In this document: positions 16,885-25,783 of the stretch, piece after piece
Position numbering within the stretch: position 1 is the stretch's first letter
Layout of the letters: each line of letters starts with the position of its first letter
Assembly: GCA_001002325.1 (NCBI GenBank)
Contig: LCNZ01000005.1
Coordinates: 18,274 to 82,273 of the forward strand
Direction of reading: 5' to 3'
From: Candidatus Amesbacteria bacterium GW2011_GWB1_47_19
Lineage (GTDB): Bacteria > Patescibacteriota > Microgenomatia > CAZETR01 > Amesbacteraceae
DNA length: 64,000 nucleotides
Notes under the pieces: generated by a model
The model's input: the letters and a program-made list of their open reading frames with translations, nothing else
Database searches by the model: none
Told to the model about the DNA's origin: nothing
Position numbers and translations under genes: made by a program

Positions 16885-17873
16885 CGCAAACGGGATAATA
16901 TGGTGGGGATCATGGATCCGGTGGCGATTTGCGGTTGACCGGCGGTAGAAATATAAACAGGTATAAAACGGGCATCGACTAATTGACGATTAAAGAATTT
17001 ATATTCGCCGACTACACCCTGGCGGGTGGTTTGGGACCAATTCTGGTCGAATACAAAATTTCCGTGTGAATAAACGATAAGTTTGTCTTTGTAAATTTCC
17101 AAGGGTTGAATCCAATGGGGATGATTACCCAATACAAGATCGGCACCCGAATCAATACTTAAATGCGCCAACTCTCTTTGGCGGTCGGTAACTTTGTGAG
17201 TATATTCATTGCCCCAATGAAATTGAACGATCACCTGCCGGGCATTTTTCCGGGCAAGTAGGATTTGAGCTGTTACAGATCCGGCATCTGCAGCAGCAAT
17301 ACCGGTGTAAGGACCACCGATATCATTGAATCCCAAAAAGGCATAAGCCCCTCCCCTTCTCTGAGTATATACCGGTCCGGAAACGCCAGTGGTGAGAATT
17401 TTATTTCGGTTTAACAGGTCCATGGTGGTGGCTAATCCATCGGGACCGAAGTTGGTGGAATGATTATTGGCCAGGTTGGCGATATCAATACCGGATTCGG
17501 ATAAAGACTTTGCGAATTCGGGACGGCCACAAAAGATGGTTCCCTGGGGCAGTACAGGGCAGGCAGGAAGCAGCGGGGATTCAAGATTGATGTATGTTAT
17601 GTCTGCGGAGGCAAGCAGGTTTTTGAGGGCTCTGAAAGGATAACCGAAGTCCCCGGAGTTTACAGCTGAAATATTTACGGATCTGGCGGTCAGAATATCC
17701 CCGGTTGAGAGCAAAGTAACGGTTTGTTCCGGATCAAGAGAAGCAGACCATGAATGGTCAGAGCCCAGAATACTATCTATAGTCGGCGGGGATATGATTG
17801 TGGGAGTGGGAGACGGAATGACCGGCAAGATGACGGAGGCCGGTGGCGGGGTAGGACAAAGGATTCCCCACAA
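16881..17873 (-). CDS. CapA/PgsA family metallophosphatase-like protein
   Basis: TGDI, NLESP, LANNH, HWGNEY, GADLVLGNHPH, YSHGNFVFDQ. Confidence 0.92.
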   Translation of the reverse strand: MWGILCPTPPPASVILPVIPSPTPTIISPPTIDSILGSDHSWSASLDPEQTVTLLSTGDILTARSVNISAVNSGDFGYPFRALKNLLASADITYINLESPLLPACPVLPQGTIFCGRPEFAKSLSESGIDIANLANNHSTNFGPDGLATTMDLLNRNKILTTGVSGPVYTQRRGGAYAFLGFNDIGGPYTGIAAADAGSVTAQILLARKNARQVIVQFHWGNEYTHKVTDRQRELAHLSIDSGADLVLGNHPHWIQPLEIYKDKLIVYSHGNFVFDQNWSQTTRQGVVGEYKFFNRQLVDARFIPVYISTAGQPQIATGSMIPTILSRLR

Positions 17874-17982
17874 AGAACAAATGAGCAGACTGACGGCAGA
17901 AATGAATGAGCTGATAGTTAGATTTTAACTTAAAGATGCCGGGGGGTGTAAAATTTGTGTTAGAGCGACAGTCTCAAGTTAA

Positions 17983-18054
17983 GCCCTTGTAGCTCAACGG
18001 ATAGAGTACTTGTCTTCGGAACAAGTGATGGAGGTTCGATTCCTCCCAAGGGCA
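17983..18054 (+). tRNA. tRNA-Arg(TCG)
   Basis: GCCCTTG/CAAGGGC, CTTGT-CTTCGGA-ACAAG. Confidence 0.93.
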
Positions 18055-18078
18055 CCCTTCGACTTCGCTCAGAGCAAG
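18055..18078 (+). repeat. REP-like motif CCCTTCGACTTCGCTCAGAGC immediately after the tRNA
   Basis: Resembles CCTTTCGCTTTCGCTCAAGG at 7191-7210. Confidence 0.5.
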
Positions 18079-19685
18079 TGCTTTTGCACTATTGGGGAAG
18101 AACGGAGGAAGAGAATTAGAAAAATAATGATAGTGAGAAGAGAAACTAAGTTGGCCAGACGGTGGATAGGGGGTTCAAGAAGGCGGAATTCCAGAAGATG
18201 CGAGCCGGAGGGAATATTTACGGCCAGCAACCCCTGATTTTGTGGTAGCCGGGGGTTCAGGAGAGGAATTTTTTGCCGGTCAAGATAAGCTGTCCAGCCG
18301 GGAAAATAGACAGTGCGGTCGATAAAAACTCCGCCTGAAGATGAAGATATAAGAAATGAGTGGTAATTGGTTTTCCAAGAGGTTTGTGTGACAACAGATG
18401 AATCAGGGGCGATAAATCGGGAAGTTACGGATGTGTCGGCAGACTGCCAGACGGGGGTATGTTCAGCATCTGGAGTGGTCGTGGAAGGAATGGAGGTTTC
18501 AGCTAGCCAGCTGCCTGGGATTTCCAGATATTGATTTACCCGCCAGTGATTGCGGTTGGCATACAACAACAGAAGCGTGAATAGAATGACAGAAAGACGG
18601 GGCAGGGGTATACGTGAGACTACCCAAGCCGCAAGAAATGAGACACTTAGGGATACCAAGCCCAAAAGCCTCCAGGGGAATTGGAGTAAGTGTAGAGGGG
18701 GAATCAGATGCCAAACCGGTAAGCTGATTTTGAGCATCAGAAATACTGACAGGCATGTCGATATCATGAAGAAAAGGGGAAGAAGAGGGATTTTTTGGCG
18801 GTGGATAATGCTGATTAGGATCAGGAACACCGTTGAAATAAATATCAGGATTTGGGGAAGGCCGATTTGAAAAGACATCTCTCCCCTACTGGCACCCACA
18901 TTGGAAAATCCAAATCCCCAGGGAGAATAAATCAGTTGTTTGAGAGTGGCGAAATGTTCGGGATAATATTGCGAAAATGTCTTGTATATGGAGACATAAT
19001 GCAAGTCAAAAAGGGCAGGAATCCAGAAAAATGCGGTCAGGAGAACGGCCATAATCAGGGGAAGGATTTGTTGTTTACGGATTGCCAAAATATAAATAAT
19101 GATTACCGGCAGGAAGACCATCGCTGTGAGATTGTGAGCGAGAATGAGCATGGACAGAAGCAGAGTCACGGGGAATTTCCGTCCGGCAGAGTAAAGGATT
19201 GCGGGAACAAGAGTTAAAGCCAGAGCTTCACCGATATTTCCCCTGACGTAGACATTCAGAAAATGATACGGAATGTATGTATAGAATAAGCCTCCGGCTA
19301 TGGCCGGTAAGCGGGAAAAATGGCGGGATAACCAGAGATAGGTAAAGTATCCGCTTAAAGGGAAAGTCAGCAAAAACAATAATTTGAAGGCGCTGCCATA
19401 ATTTAAACCCAGATAAATCAGGCTGACAGCCAGGTAATAGACCCCGGGGTAATTGAAATTGAAAAAAGGGTAACCTAATCCCCAATTTAGGCGCTTTGCC
19501 CACCGGACAGGGAACTGACCATCTTTAAGCGCCTGGTGGAAATCAACCAGACGGATGATATGGCCTTCCAGATCGTGGGAGGTATAGATTCCGGGATGCA
19601 GGAGAGCCCGGTAAGCCGGGAAGGTGATGAGGAGAAAGAACAGAATAATTCCTACTTCCCTACCCCGGTTTTTGATTGATGACAC
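18069..19685 (-). CDS. GT-C-like polytopic membrane protein (PTPS-related/YfhO-like)
   Basis: HD...H, GQFPVRW, GYPFFNFNYP, RGNIGE, QFPWR, YFPGW. Confidence 0.85.
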   Translation of the reverse strand: MSSIKNRGREVGIILFFLLITFPAYRALLHPGIYTSHDLEGHIIRLVDFHQALKDGQFPVRWAKRLNWGLGYPFFNFNYPGVYYLAVSLIYLGLNYGSAFKLLFLLTFPLSGYFTYLWLSRHFSRLPAIAGGLFYTYIPYHFLNVYVRGNIGEALALTLVPAILYSAGRKFPVTLLLSMLILAHNLTAMVFLPVIIIYILAIRKQQILPLIMAVLLTAFFWIPALFDLHYVSIYKTFSQYYPEHFATLKQLIYSPWGFGFSNVGASRGEMSFQIGLPQILIFISTVFLILISIIHRQKIPLLPLFFMISTCLSVFLMLKISLPVWHLIPPLHLLQFPWRLLGLVSLSVSFLAAWVVSRIPLPRLSVILFTLLLLYANRNHWRVNQYLEIPGSWLAETSIPSTTTPDAEHTPVWQSADTSVTSRFIAPDSSVVTQTSWKTNYHSFLISSSSGGVFIDRTVYFPGWTAYLDRQKIPLLNPRLPQNQGLLAVNIPSGSHLLEFRLLEPPIHRLANLVSLLTIIIFLILFLRSSPIVQKHLL

Positions 19686-19832
19686 CAGTAATAATCATAG
19701 CACGAGCCATACCCAACCTGTGGAATAACCATACACCTATTCCCTCAATCGGTTTCGACGCCAAAGGATTCTTTCTTCGGTATTTCTACCCTGTCAACAG
19801 TATGACTCAAATATTCTAAGAGAATATCGCTT

Positions 19833-20327
19833 ATGATAAATAAAATGACCATAAATTCAACCTTTACTCACAAAGGGCGGGTTCTCAAGGTGAAGTATTA
19901 TGATTTAGACTCTTTTTCTTCTTTGCCTTATGCCAAATGCCAGCAGGTATATGGTGTATGCTTCTACAAAGATAAAATGGTTATTGTTTCAGGGGAAGGG
20001 ACCAGCGGAGGTTGGGGACTGGTCGGCGGCCACATCGAAAAGGGTGAAACCTACGACCAAACCCTGAGAAGAGAAGTCCGGGAAGAAACAAATATGCGGG
20101 TCTTAAAATCGTATCCAATAGGTGTTCAGGAGGTAACAACCCCTGACGGCAAAGTCGTTTTCCAGCTTCGATACTGTGCCATAGTCGAACCTCTGGGAAA
20201 ATTTGAGAAAGATCCCGCTGGTAGTGTAACCGAGATTAAACTTATTAATTCCGAAGACTACAAAAAATATTTCGACTGGGGTGAAATCGGGGAAAGAATT
20301 ATCCAAAGAGCGATAGACCTTAAATGA
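19833..20327 (+). CDS. NUDIX hydrolase
   Basis: GGHIEKGETYDQTLRREVREETNM. Confidence 0.9.
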   Translation: MINKMTINSTFTHKGRVLKVKYYDLDSFSSLPYAKCQQVYGVCFYKDKMVIVSGEGTSGGWGLVGGHIEKGETYDQTLRREVREETNMRVLKSYPIGVQEVTTPDGKVVFQLRYCAIVEPLGKFEKDPAGSVTEIKLINSEDYKKYFDWGEIGERIIQRAIDLK

Positions 20328-20467
20328 AAAAGAAAGACGGTGCATTTGTCACACTTTTTAAAGATGAAGGACGGGATTAGATCTTTTTAGTCTTCAGATC
20401 CGACTGGCCAATTTGGGTCCAGCCGGGAGGAGGAATTGAGCCGGGAGAAAATCATAGGTACAATTGA
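20324..20467 (+). pseudogene. Truncated NUDIX relic with in-frame TAG
   Basis: MKKKDGAFVTLFKDEGRD*IFLVFRSDWPIWVQPGGGIEPGE; stop at 20378-20380. Confidence 0.7.
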
Positions 20468-20511
20468 TTCAAACGGGGAAGCGTTTCACAAGAAGTCATT
20501 CCCAGCCAGGG

Positions 20512-21012
20512 CTAGTCTAGAGCAACTTGGCTAAAAAAAGTTACTTTATGGGACTTGAGCTGGCTGCCGATGGAATAGAATTTGGCAGAAAAGAATTTCT
20601 TGTTTTTGTACACCCAGGGGGTAAATATTTTGTCTTTGTCAAAAATGTCGAGTGAGGAGATTTTCGGGTCGTGAACCCATTTCAGATAACCTTCCGGGGA
20701 GTCGATCAGTCTACCGGTGAATGAAGGGCTTTCGAAAACAAAGGTGTGGCAGGTTTCGAGGTATTTTTCCGGAGTTTCGATTACGAAAGTTATAATCCCC
20801 CGAAAAATTGTCTTTTTAAGTACTAGACCGGTTTCTTCCCGAACTTCCCTTGAGGCACAGTCTATCGGAGACTCTCCGGGTTCAAATTTTCCTCCCGGCA
20901 CGATCCATTTACCATGCAGGGGATCGTTTGGTTTTTTGTCACGATGTAACATTAGGGTTTTTCCACTTCTCCGAATATAGCAAAGCGAGGTGTTGATGGT
21001 GATATTACTCAT
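20512..21012 (-). CDS. 8-oxo-dGTP diphosphatase (MutT/MutX-like NUDIX)
   Basis: LCYI, LMLHRDKK, GGKFEPGESPIDCASREVREETGL, FTGRLIDSPEGYLKW. Confidence 0.9.
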   Translation of the reverse strand: MSNITINTSLCYIRRSGKTLMLHRDKKPNDPLHGKWIVPGGKFEPGESPIDCASREVREETGLVLKKTIFRGIITFVIETPEKYLETCHTFVFESPSFTGRLIDSPEGYLKWVHDPKISSLDIFDKDKIFTPWVYKNKKFFSAKFYSIGSQLKSHKVTFFSQVALD

Positions 21013-21111
21013 AGATTAATCGTTTGAGATGTTTAATCATTTCAGCGGTTCCATATACCTTTGTCAGTAGATATTGAGAAAACGGTTCGGGGTTTTTAAG
21101 GTATTTTATAA

Positions 21112-21300
21112 CCATTTCAAAGGGATTTTGTGGAAAGGTTTGCGATTGATCCCAACCAAGTAATTATTATGACACAAGGAGTAACCAGCGAAGAGGTGAA
21201 AGAGAATGCTCAAAAAGTGGCTGAGTTGGTTAAACATAGAGGATACAGGCTACTTACCAGATTGCACGTAGACTTGTGGGGAGCTAAAAGACGGGTTTAA
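21112..21300 (+). pseudogene. C-terminal relic of QueE-like radical SAM protein
   Basis: IMTQGVTSEE...GYRLLTRLHVDLWGAKRRV*; no N-terminus or CxxxCxxC, in-frame TAA just upstream. Confidence 0.7.
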
Positions 21301-21407
21301 AGATATGAGGCTAACAGGTTCGAATCTCGTCTTGGGGTGCAATAGTTTGATATGGTTGTCTGAAGCTAAATATTTTAGGGTGGTGTACGGAATGGTTCGA
21401 CGGGAGG

Positions 21408-21698
21408 TTAGGACATCTTTAAAGTGTTTTTCAAAATTTGTTTTAGTTGATTGTGACCGTAGCCACTTTTTAGATATATTTCTCTAGCTTCGGCATCTTG
21501 ACGATTTTGAAAATATTCGTAATGAATTAATTTTAAAGGTCGGCGGGTTTTGGTGGAATCGACTTTGCCTAAATTGTGATCTTGTAGGCGACGCTTTAAA
21601 TCGTTGGTGAAGCCAATATAAAGTTTTAAATCTTTTTGAGATTGAAGGACATAGACGTAGTATTTGTTTGTAAAAACGTCGGACGTTTTTGTAGGCAT
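21408..21698 (-). CDS. Stand-alone GIY-YIG nuclease
   Basis: YVYVLQS...LYIGFTNDLKRRLQDHN...DAEAREIYLKSGYG. Confidence 0.93.
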   Translation of the reverse strand: MPTKTSDVFTNKYYVYVLQSQKDLKLYIGFTNDLKRRLQDHNLGKVDSTKTRRPLKLIHYEYFQNRQDAEAREIYLKSGYGHNQLKQILKNTLKMS

Positions 21699-21729
21699 AA
21701 GTTCGGATGTCCCGTCAAACGGGACTATG

Positions 21730-21802
21730 GGTGGATGACGGGTGATGCTCCCGCTACCTCCGCATCCACAGTGCGGCGCTCTACTGATGAGCTACATCCA
21801 CC
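21730..21802 (-). tRNA. tRNA-His(GTG) with encoded G-1 and atypical D/T loops
   Basis: G-GTGGATG/CATCCAC-C, CCGCA-CTGTGGA-TGCGG; T-loop AGCATCA. Confidence 0.88.
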
Positions 21803-21841
21803 GTATAATTGATATCAATATTTTACAATATAATATCCCGG

Positions 21842-22807
21842 TTAGCGGAGATAGAAGAAGGATCCGGTAGTGATGAATACCAGGGCTGCCAATCCCAGGA
21901 TAAGTGTGGTCTGCATAGCCCCGGTTTGCGGCAAATTGCCGTCAGGAGTGGTGACAGAGACAGGAGTACGGGTAGGCGTAGGTGTTAAATCATTGCCGGT
22001 GCAGACACAATCGATATTGTAGGGACATGCCGGTGCCCGGCAATAACCCTGGAAACAATAAAGACTTGATTCGCAATTGGTGTTGTTGCCGCAGGAACCG
22101 CCACAGGAGTTGGGGTCACCAGAACCGGGGGAATCTGTAGGAGTAGCTGAGGGAGACGTCGGTGAGGTGGGTTCCGGTGTGGACGAAGGGGCGGCGGAGG
22201 GTGCAGGGGAGATAGAAGAAGAAACAAAAGTATATTCACCGGTGGAGGACGGAGTCAGCAGAACATCCTGGCCGTCAGATTTTCTGGTAACGATACTTTG
22301 CAGAGGATCGAATGTCAGGATAACGGGATTTACGACAGGAATATCACTGGACGTCAGATTGAAAGTGGCCAATGCAACTGCGGTATTTGAACTATATCCT
22401 TCAGTGGCGGTATTTAAGCAGGCTATATCGATTGTTACTATACCATTGGACGAGTTGGGGGATTTGACAGGACATACCCAGTCGTCGGAATTGCGAATGA
22501 CTGAACTGGTCTGGATATTGGATACAACTACTTCAGGCGTTTCACCACTGTATTCGAATTTAATCCGGGCGGAAACACCGGAGATCGGCAGACCGGCCGG
22601 ATCCAGATAGATGGTGACAACCTGGGACAAATTAACAGGAATACTGGCGGTGGCCGGAGAAAGTGAGATAGTGGCCTGACCGGCGGGAGTAGAGGCTTTT
22701 TTGGAGAACAACTGACGCTCACGGATAAGATAAACACCGGCAAAAGTTGCTAGCAGAACCACTAAAACCACGACAAGCGAAATGATGATTTTTACCGAGG
22801 CGCGCAT
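21842..22807 (-). CDS. Cohesin-like surface protein with Cys-rich module and LPQTG sorting signal
   Basis: Signal/TM, beta domain, P/T/S linker, CGGSC...C, LPQTG + TM + R. Confidence 0.8.
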   Translation of the reverse strand: MRASVKIIISLVVVLVVLLATFAGVYLIRERQLFSKKASTPAGQATISLSPATASIPVNLSQVVTIYLDPAGLPISGVSARIKFEYSGETPEVVVSNIQTSSVIRNSDDWVCPVKSPNSSNGIVTIDIACLNTATEGYSSNTAVALATFNLTSSDIPVVNPVILTFDPLQSIVTRKSDGQDVLLTPSSTGEYTFVSSSISPAPSAAPSSTPEPTSPTSPSATPTDSPGSGDPNSCGGSCGNNTNCESSLYCFQGYCRAPACPYNIDCVCTGNDLTPTPTRTPVSVTTPDGNLPQTGAMQTTLILGLAALVFITTGSFFYLR

Positions 22808-22821
22808 AAAGACAGAATAAC

Positions 22822-23421
22822 TTATTTAAGAATCAAAATCTCGGGAAAAGTTGTCAGAGAGATCTCTTCCCCGCGCTTACTGACCACTTTTGTGAGGGCG
22901 GAATCGAGGCTAAGAGAGAGGTTGGGAATGGCGGTAAGAGCAGTAATTTCAAATGTGGCCATATCGACCGGACCTTCGGGGATATAGCCTTCGGGAGTGA
23001 CATTAGCTGCTGCAAAATCAATGTTCACCTGTTTGTTGACTTTATCTATCTCGACCTTGTTGATCGGAAACAACCACCCGGCATCCAAAAGAGACTTATT
23101 GGATTTGGTCTGGACACCAGTTTTTAAGGTATCGGAGTCTGCAATTTTTATGTCCGGTTCATCGCCAGTGTAGTTATATTTAATCCGTGCTGCAAGTGCG
23201 GCCAGTTTAATTCCCTTGGCGTTAAGTGTCAGACTGACAGTGAGCTTATCACCCTTTGAGTTTAGAGATCTGATGAAGGGGGTGGGTGTAGGTTTGGGAA
23301 TTGAGGTAGCCTGAACAACAGCCTGACCTGAAGGGCTAGATGTAGATGGTTTGTAGGTTGATTTAAGAGCATACAAACCAACCAGCGCAGCGACAGCAAA
23401 AACAAGTACAACTATTTTCAT
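22822..23421 (-). CDS. Cohesin-like exported protein
   Basis: Shares the ARIKY...W.FP.N.V...V.IDFAA.N...GY pattern with its neighbours. Confidence 0.7.
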   Translation of the reverse strand: MKIVVLVFAVAALVGLYALKSTYKPSTSSPSGQAVVQATSIPKPTPTPFIRSLNSKGDKLTVSLTLNAKGIKLAALAARIKYNYTGDEPDIKIADSDTLKTGVQTKSNKSLLDAGWLFPINKVEIDKVNKQVNIDFAAANVTPEGYIPEGPVDMATFEITALTAIPNLSLSLDSALTKVVSKRGEEISLTTFPEILILK

Positions 23422-25721
23422 GGATTGTCTCCGAATACTTCTAATTGAGTGTAATTGCTTAATACTATAGCAATATCCGTGATAGTAATAAAGTTGTCGG
23501 CATCTATGTCGTATATCATATTTTCGGAAAAGACTGGAACGGCTAACTCTGTGTAGTTGCTGATCATCAGACCCAGGTCAATAATGTTGAGAATGTTGTT
23601 GTCATCAAAATCACCAGCCATCATTTCCAGTGATGCCCAAGCGGCGGGGCCGACATTGAGGCCGAAGACGAATCTTAGAGTACCCAGCCTTTTTTGCAGG
23701 TATCCGGGACCTTTGGAGTAGACATCATAGTTGGTACCGAGGGAAGAAATAGGAGACTGGGCGATGTCTATGGGAGCATCGGAGTTGAAGACTCCGTTGA
23801 TGGTACTGGTCATGGTGTGGGTATAGGTATAGCCGTCAAAAGCGTTTACCAGGGACGGGTTTACGCTACGGTTTACGAGAGATCTGGTAACCCCTTGCAT
23901 CCTGACCGAGTAGCGGAAAGTGGAAGGAGGAGGTTCGGTGGGGTAAGGAGTGTCTGTAGGATACGGAGTTTCGGTGGGGTAAGGAGTGTCTGTAGGATAC
24001 GGAGTTTCGGTGGGGTAAGGAGTCTCAGTCGGGGCCGTGACAAACGTATAGACAGGATTGGACGGAGGAATGAGAATATTACGTGTAGGACTGGCTTTGG
24101 TCATAACTTTAGTCTGAATCAGATCGTAAGTCAGGCGTACGGGGTTGGTAGGAGGTACGGTGAGCGCGTAAATATAGAACCTGACAATGGGCTGGCTGAC
24201 GTTGCTGGTATAGCCCACCGTGGAGGTATTAGTGGCAGCGAAGTCGATGGTTACCCGGCCATTTGCGCGTGAAACTGAATTGACGGGGAAAGTCCAATAG
24301 GGAGAACTATCAAACGGATCAACGGTGGTAATCTGGTAAACTGGGTTACCGAATTGGTCTGTAATATCCACTTCAACATCACCCGTGGCACTATACGGGT
24401 ATGAAAGCCGGAAACTAAGGGAGGAGATGGCCTGTCCTCCGGTATTGAGGCTGATGGTGATAGGAAACGCTTGGGTGGTTGGTTTGGTAGCGGTGAGCGG
24501 GTTTGTAGTTAGAGTGGCGGATCCAACGACACCAGTCGGAGTAGCTGAGGGAATGGGTGCGACGGTGGCGGTACCTCCAGGTAATGTCGGCACGACGGTG
24601 CCGGTACCCCCTGAGGGTTGTACTATAACGGAATACATACCCACAATGGTCGTGGGGTCATTGGGGCCGAGAGTGACAGTCTGACCAGCCGAAAAATCGC
24701 GTGAAAGCAGACTATATGTGGTAGGTTCACTATTAACCATATTCAGTCCGGTATCGGTATAAGCTGTGGTCCAGGACGGCCGGCCGGTAATACGATCATC
24801 GAACGCCAGATAGACAATTGCATGACTGGCAACGGTAAAAGTAGCCAGAGGGCTAGTGTTGTAGGAGCGGGAAACTTGAGCGGTGCGGATCCATTGCGAG
24901 CCTAAGACCAGAGAAGGAATAGTAGACCAAATATAGGTCCGATCTCCATATTGAGTGGAACCCACTTGAAGATTATTCTGGATGGACCAATTGACAGCAT
25001 TGGCTGAATCGTAAACTACCAGATTGGAAATCAGGGATCCGGGACCCGGGGTGGGTGTGTTGGTGCCCTGAATAGTAACATCAGCGGGAGAGGTAGAAAA
25101 AACGAGGTTAGTGCTAAGGTCGTTAACCAATTGGGAGTTGGGGGCATTGATGACAATTTGGGTAGGAACCGATTGGCCTTGTTGGAGTTTAAATGCCACC
25201 GGGAAACTGGCGGCTTCGATCAGGCCGGATTGGGCAGGGGGTTTGGGATCGCATTGACCCTGAATAGGATCACATAACGCCAGGGCAAAGATAACCCTGC
25301 CTGTGGAGTTGGCATTAGCCATGGTTGTTTTGGAAATAATAGCCGGGAACAAGGAAGTGGTGGTAACATCACCGGTTAACTGGATCAGGCTCTGGTTAAA
25401 GTTTAATTCGACCAGGATAAAACCAATCATGTGGGCTTTGGCATCGACCATCACTTTTACTGTTTGATTCGGAGGAAGAGTAAAAGATGAAGCGCCGGAA
25501 GAGCTGGTAACGTAAATATGCGGATCGGTGGCGGCGGCGCGGGAAGGCAGTTTGATGCCACCGGTCTTGAGGATATAAACGGCAACAGGAAGACTGAGGG
25601 CAAGAATTACCAGGGCGGCGATTTGGAGAAACAGCGGGAGCCGGACAAACTTTCCACGTAAGCGGTCAAAAAAACTTTCTTTAGGCAAAGACGGAGTCTC
25701 TTCCGACAAGTCTTTTTTCAT
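23418..25721 (-). CDS. Multi-domain surface protein: cohesin-like domains, P/T repeats, C-terminal dockerin-like EF-hand pair
   Basis: GDFDDNNILNIIDL and YDIDADNFITITDI duplicated Ca-binding loops. Confidence 0.82.
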   Translation of the reverse strand: MKKDLSEETPSLPKESFFDRLRGKFVRLPLFLQIAALVILALSLPVAVYILKTGGIKLPSRAAATDPHIYVTSSSGASSFTLPPNQTVKVMVDAKAHMIGFILVELNFNQSLIQLTGDVTTTSLFPAIISKTTMANANSTGRVIFALALCDPIQGQCDPKPPAQSGLIEAASFPVAFKLQQGQSVPTQIVINAPNSQLVNDLSTNLVFSTSPADVTIQGTNTPTPGPGSLISNLVVYDSANAVNWSIQNNLQVGSTQYGDRTYIWSTIPSLVLGSQWIRTAQVSRSYNTSPLATFTVASHAIVYLAFDDRITGRPSWTTAYTDTGLNMVNSEPTTYSLLSRDFSAGQTVTLGPNDPTTIVGMYSVIVQPSGGTGTVVPTLPGGTATVAPIPSATPTGVVGSATLTTNPLTATKPTTQAFPITISLNTGGQAISSLSFRLSYPYSATGDVEVDITDQFGNPVYQITTVDPFDSSPYWTFPVNSVSRANGRVTIDFAATNTSTVGYTSNVSQPIVRFYIYALTVPPTNPVRLTYDLIQTKVMTKASPTRNILIPPSNPVYTFVTAPTETPYPTETPYPTDTPYPTETPYPTDTPYPTEPPPSTFRYSVRMQGVTRSLVNRSVNPSLVNAFDGYTYTHTMTSTINGVFNSDAPIDIAQSPISSLGTNYDVYSKGPGYLQKRLGTLRFVFGLNVGPAAWASLEMMAGDFDDNNILNIIDLGLMISNYTELAVPVFSENMIYDIDADNFITITDIAIVLSNYTQLEVFGDNP
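23934..24023. repeat. 36-bp coding tandem repeat, about 2.5 copies (PTETPYPTDTPY)
   Basis: TTCGGTGGGGTAAGGAGTGTCTGTAGGATACGGAGT units adjacent with no spacers. Confidence 0.9.
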
Positions 25722-25783
25722 TGTACGTTTTCATAGTAGAACGATTTGGGAGGAGAAGTCAAGCGGTAATTATTTGATGTACA

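Noticed and set aside
20378-20380. Stop-codon recoding suggested by in-frame TAG here and TAA at 49638
   Set aside because: All three stops terminate normal genes in the window, and the NUDIX relic is truncated anyway.
23934-24023. 36-bp direct repeats of CRISPR-like length
   Set aside because: Units are contiguous with no spacers, in frame, and encode a PTETPY linker; no cas genes in the window.
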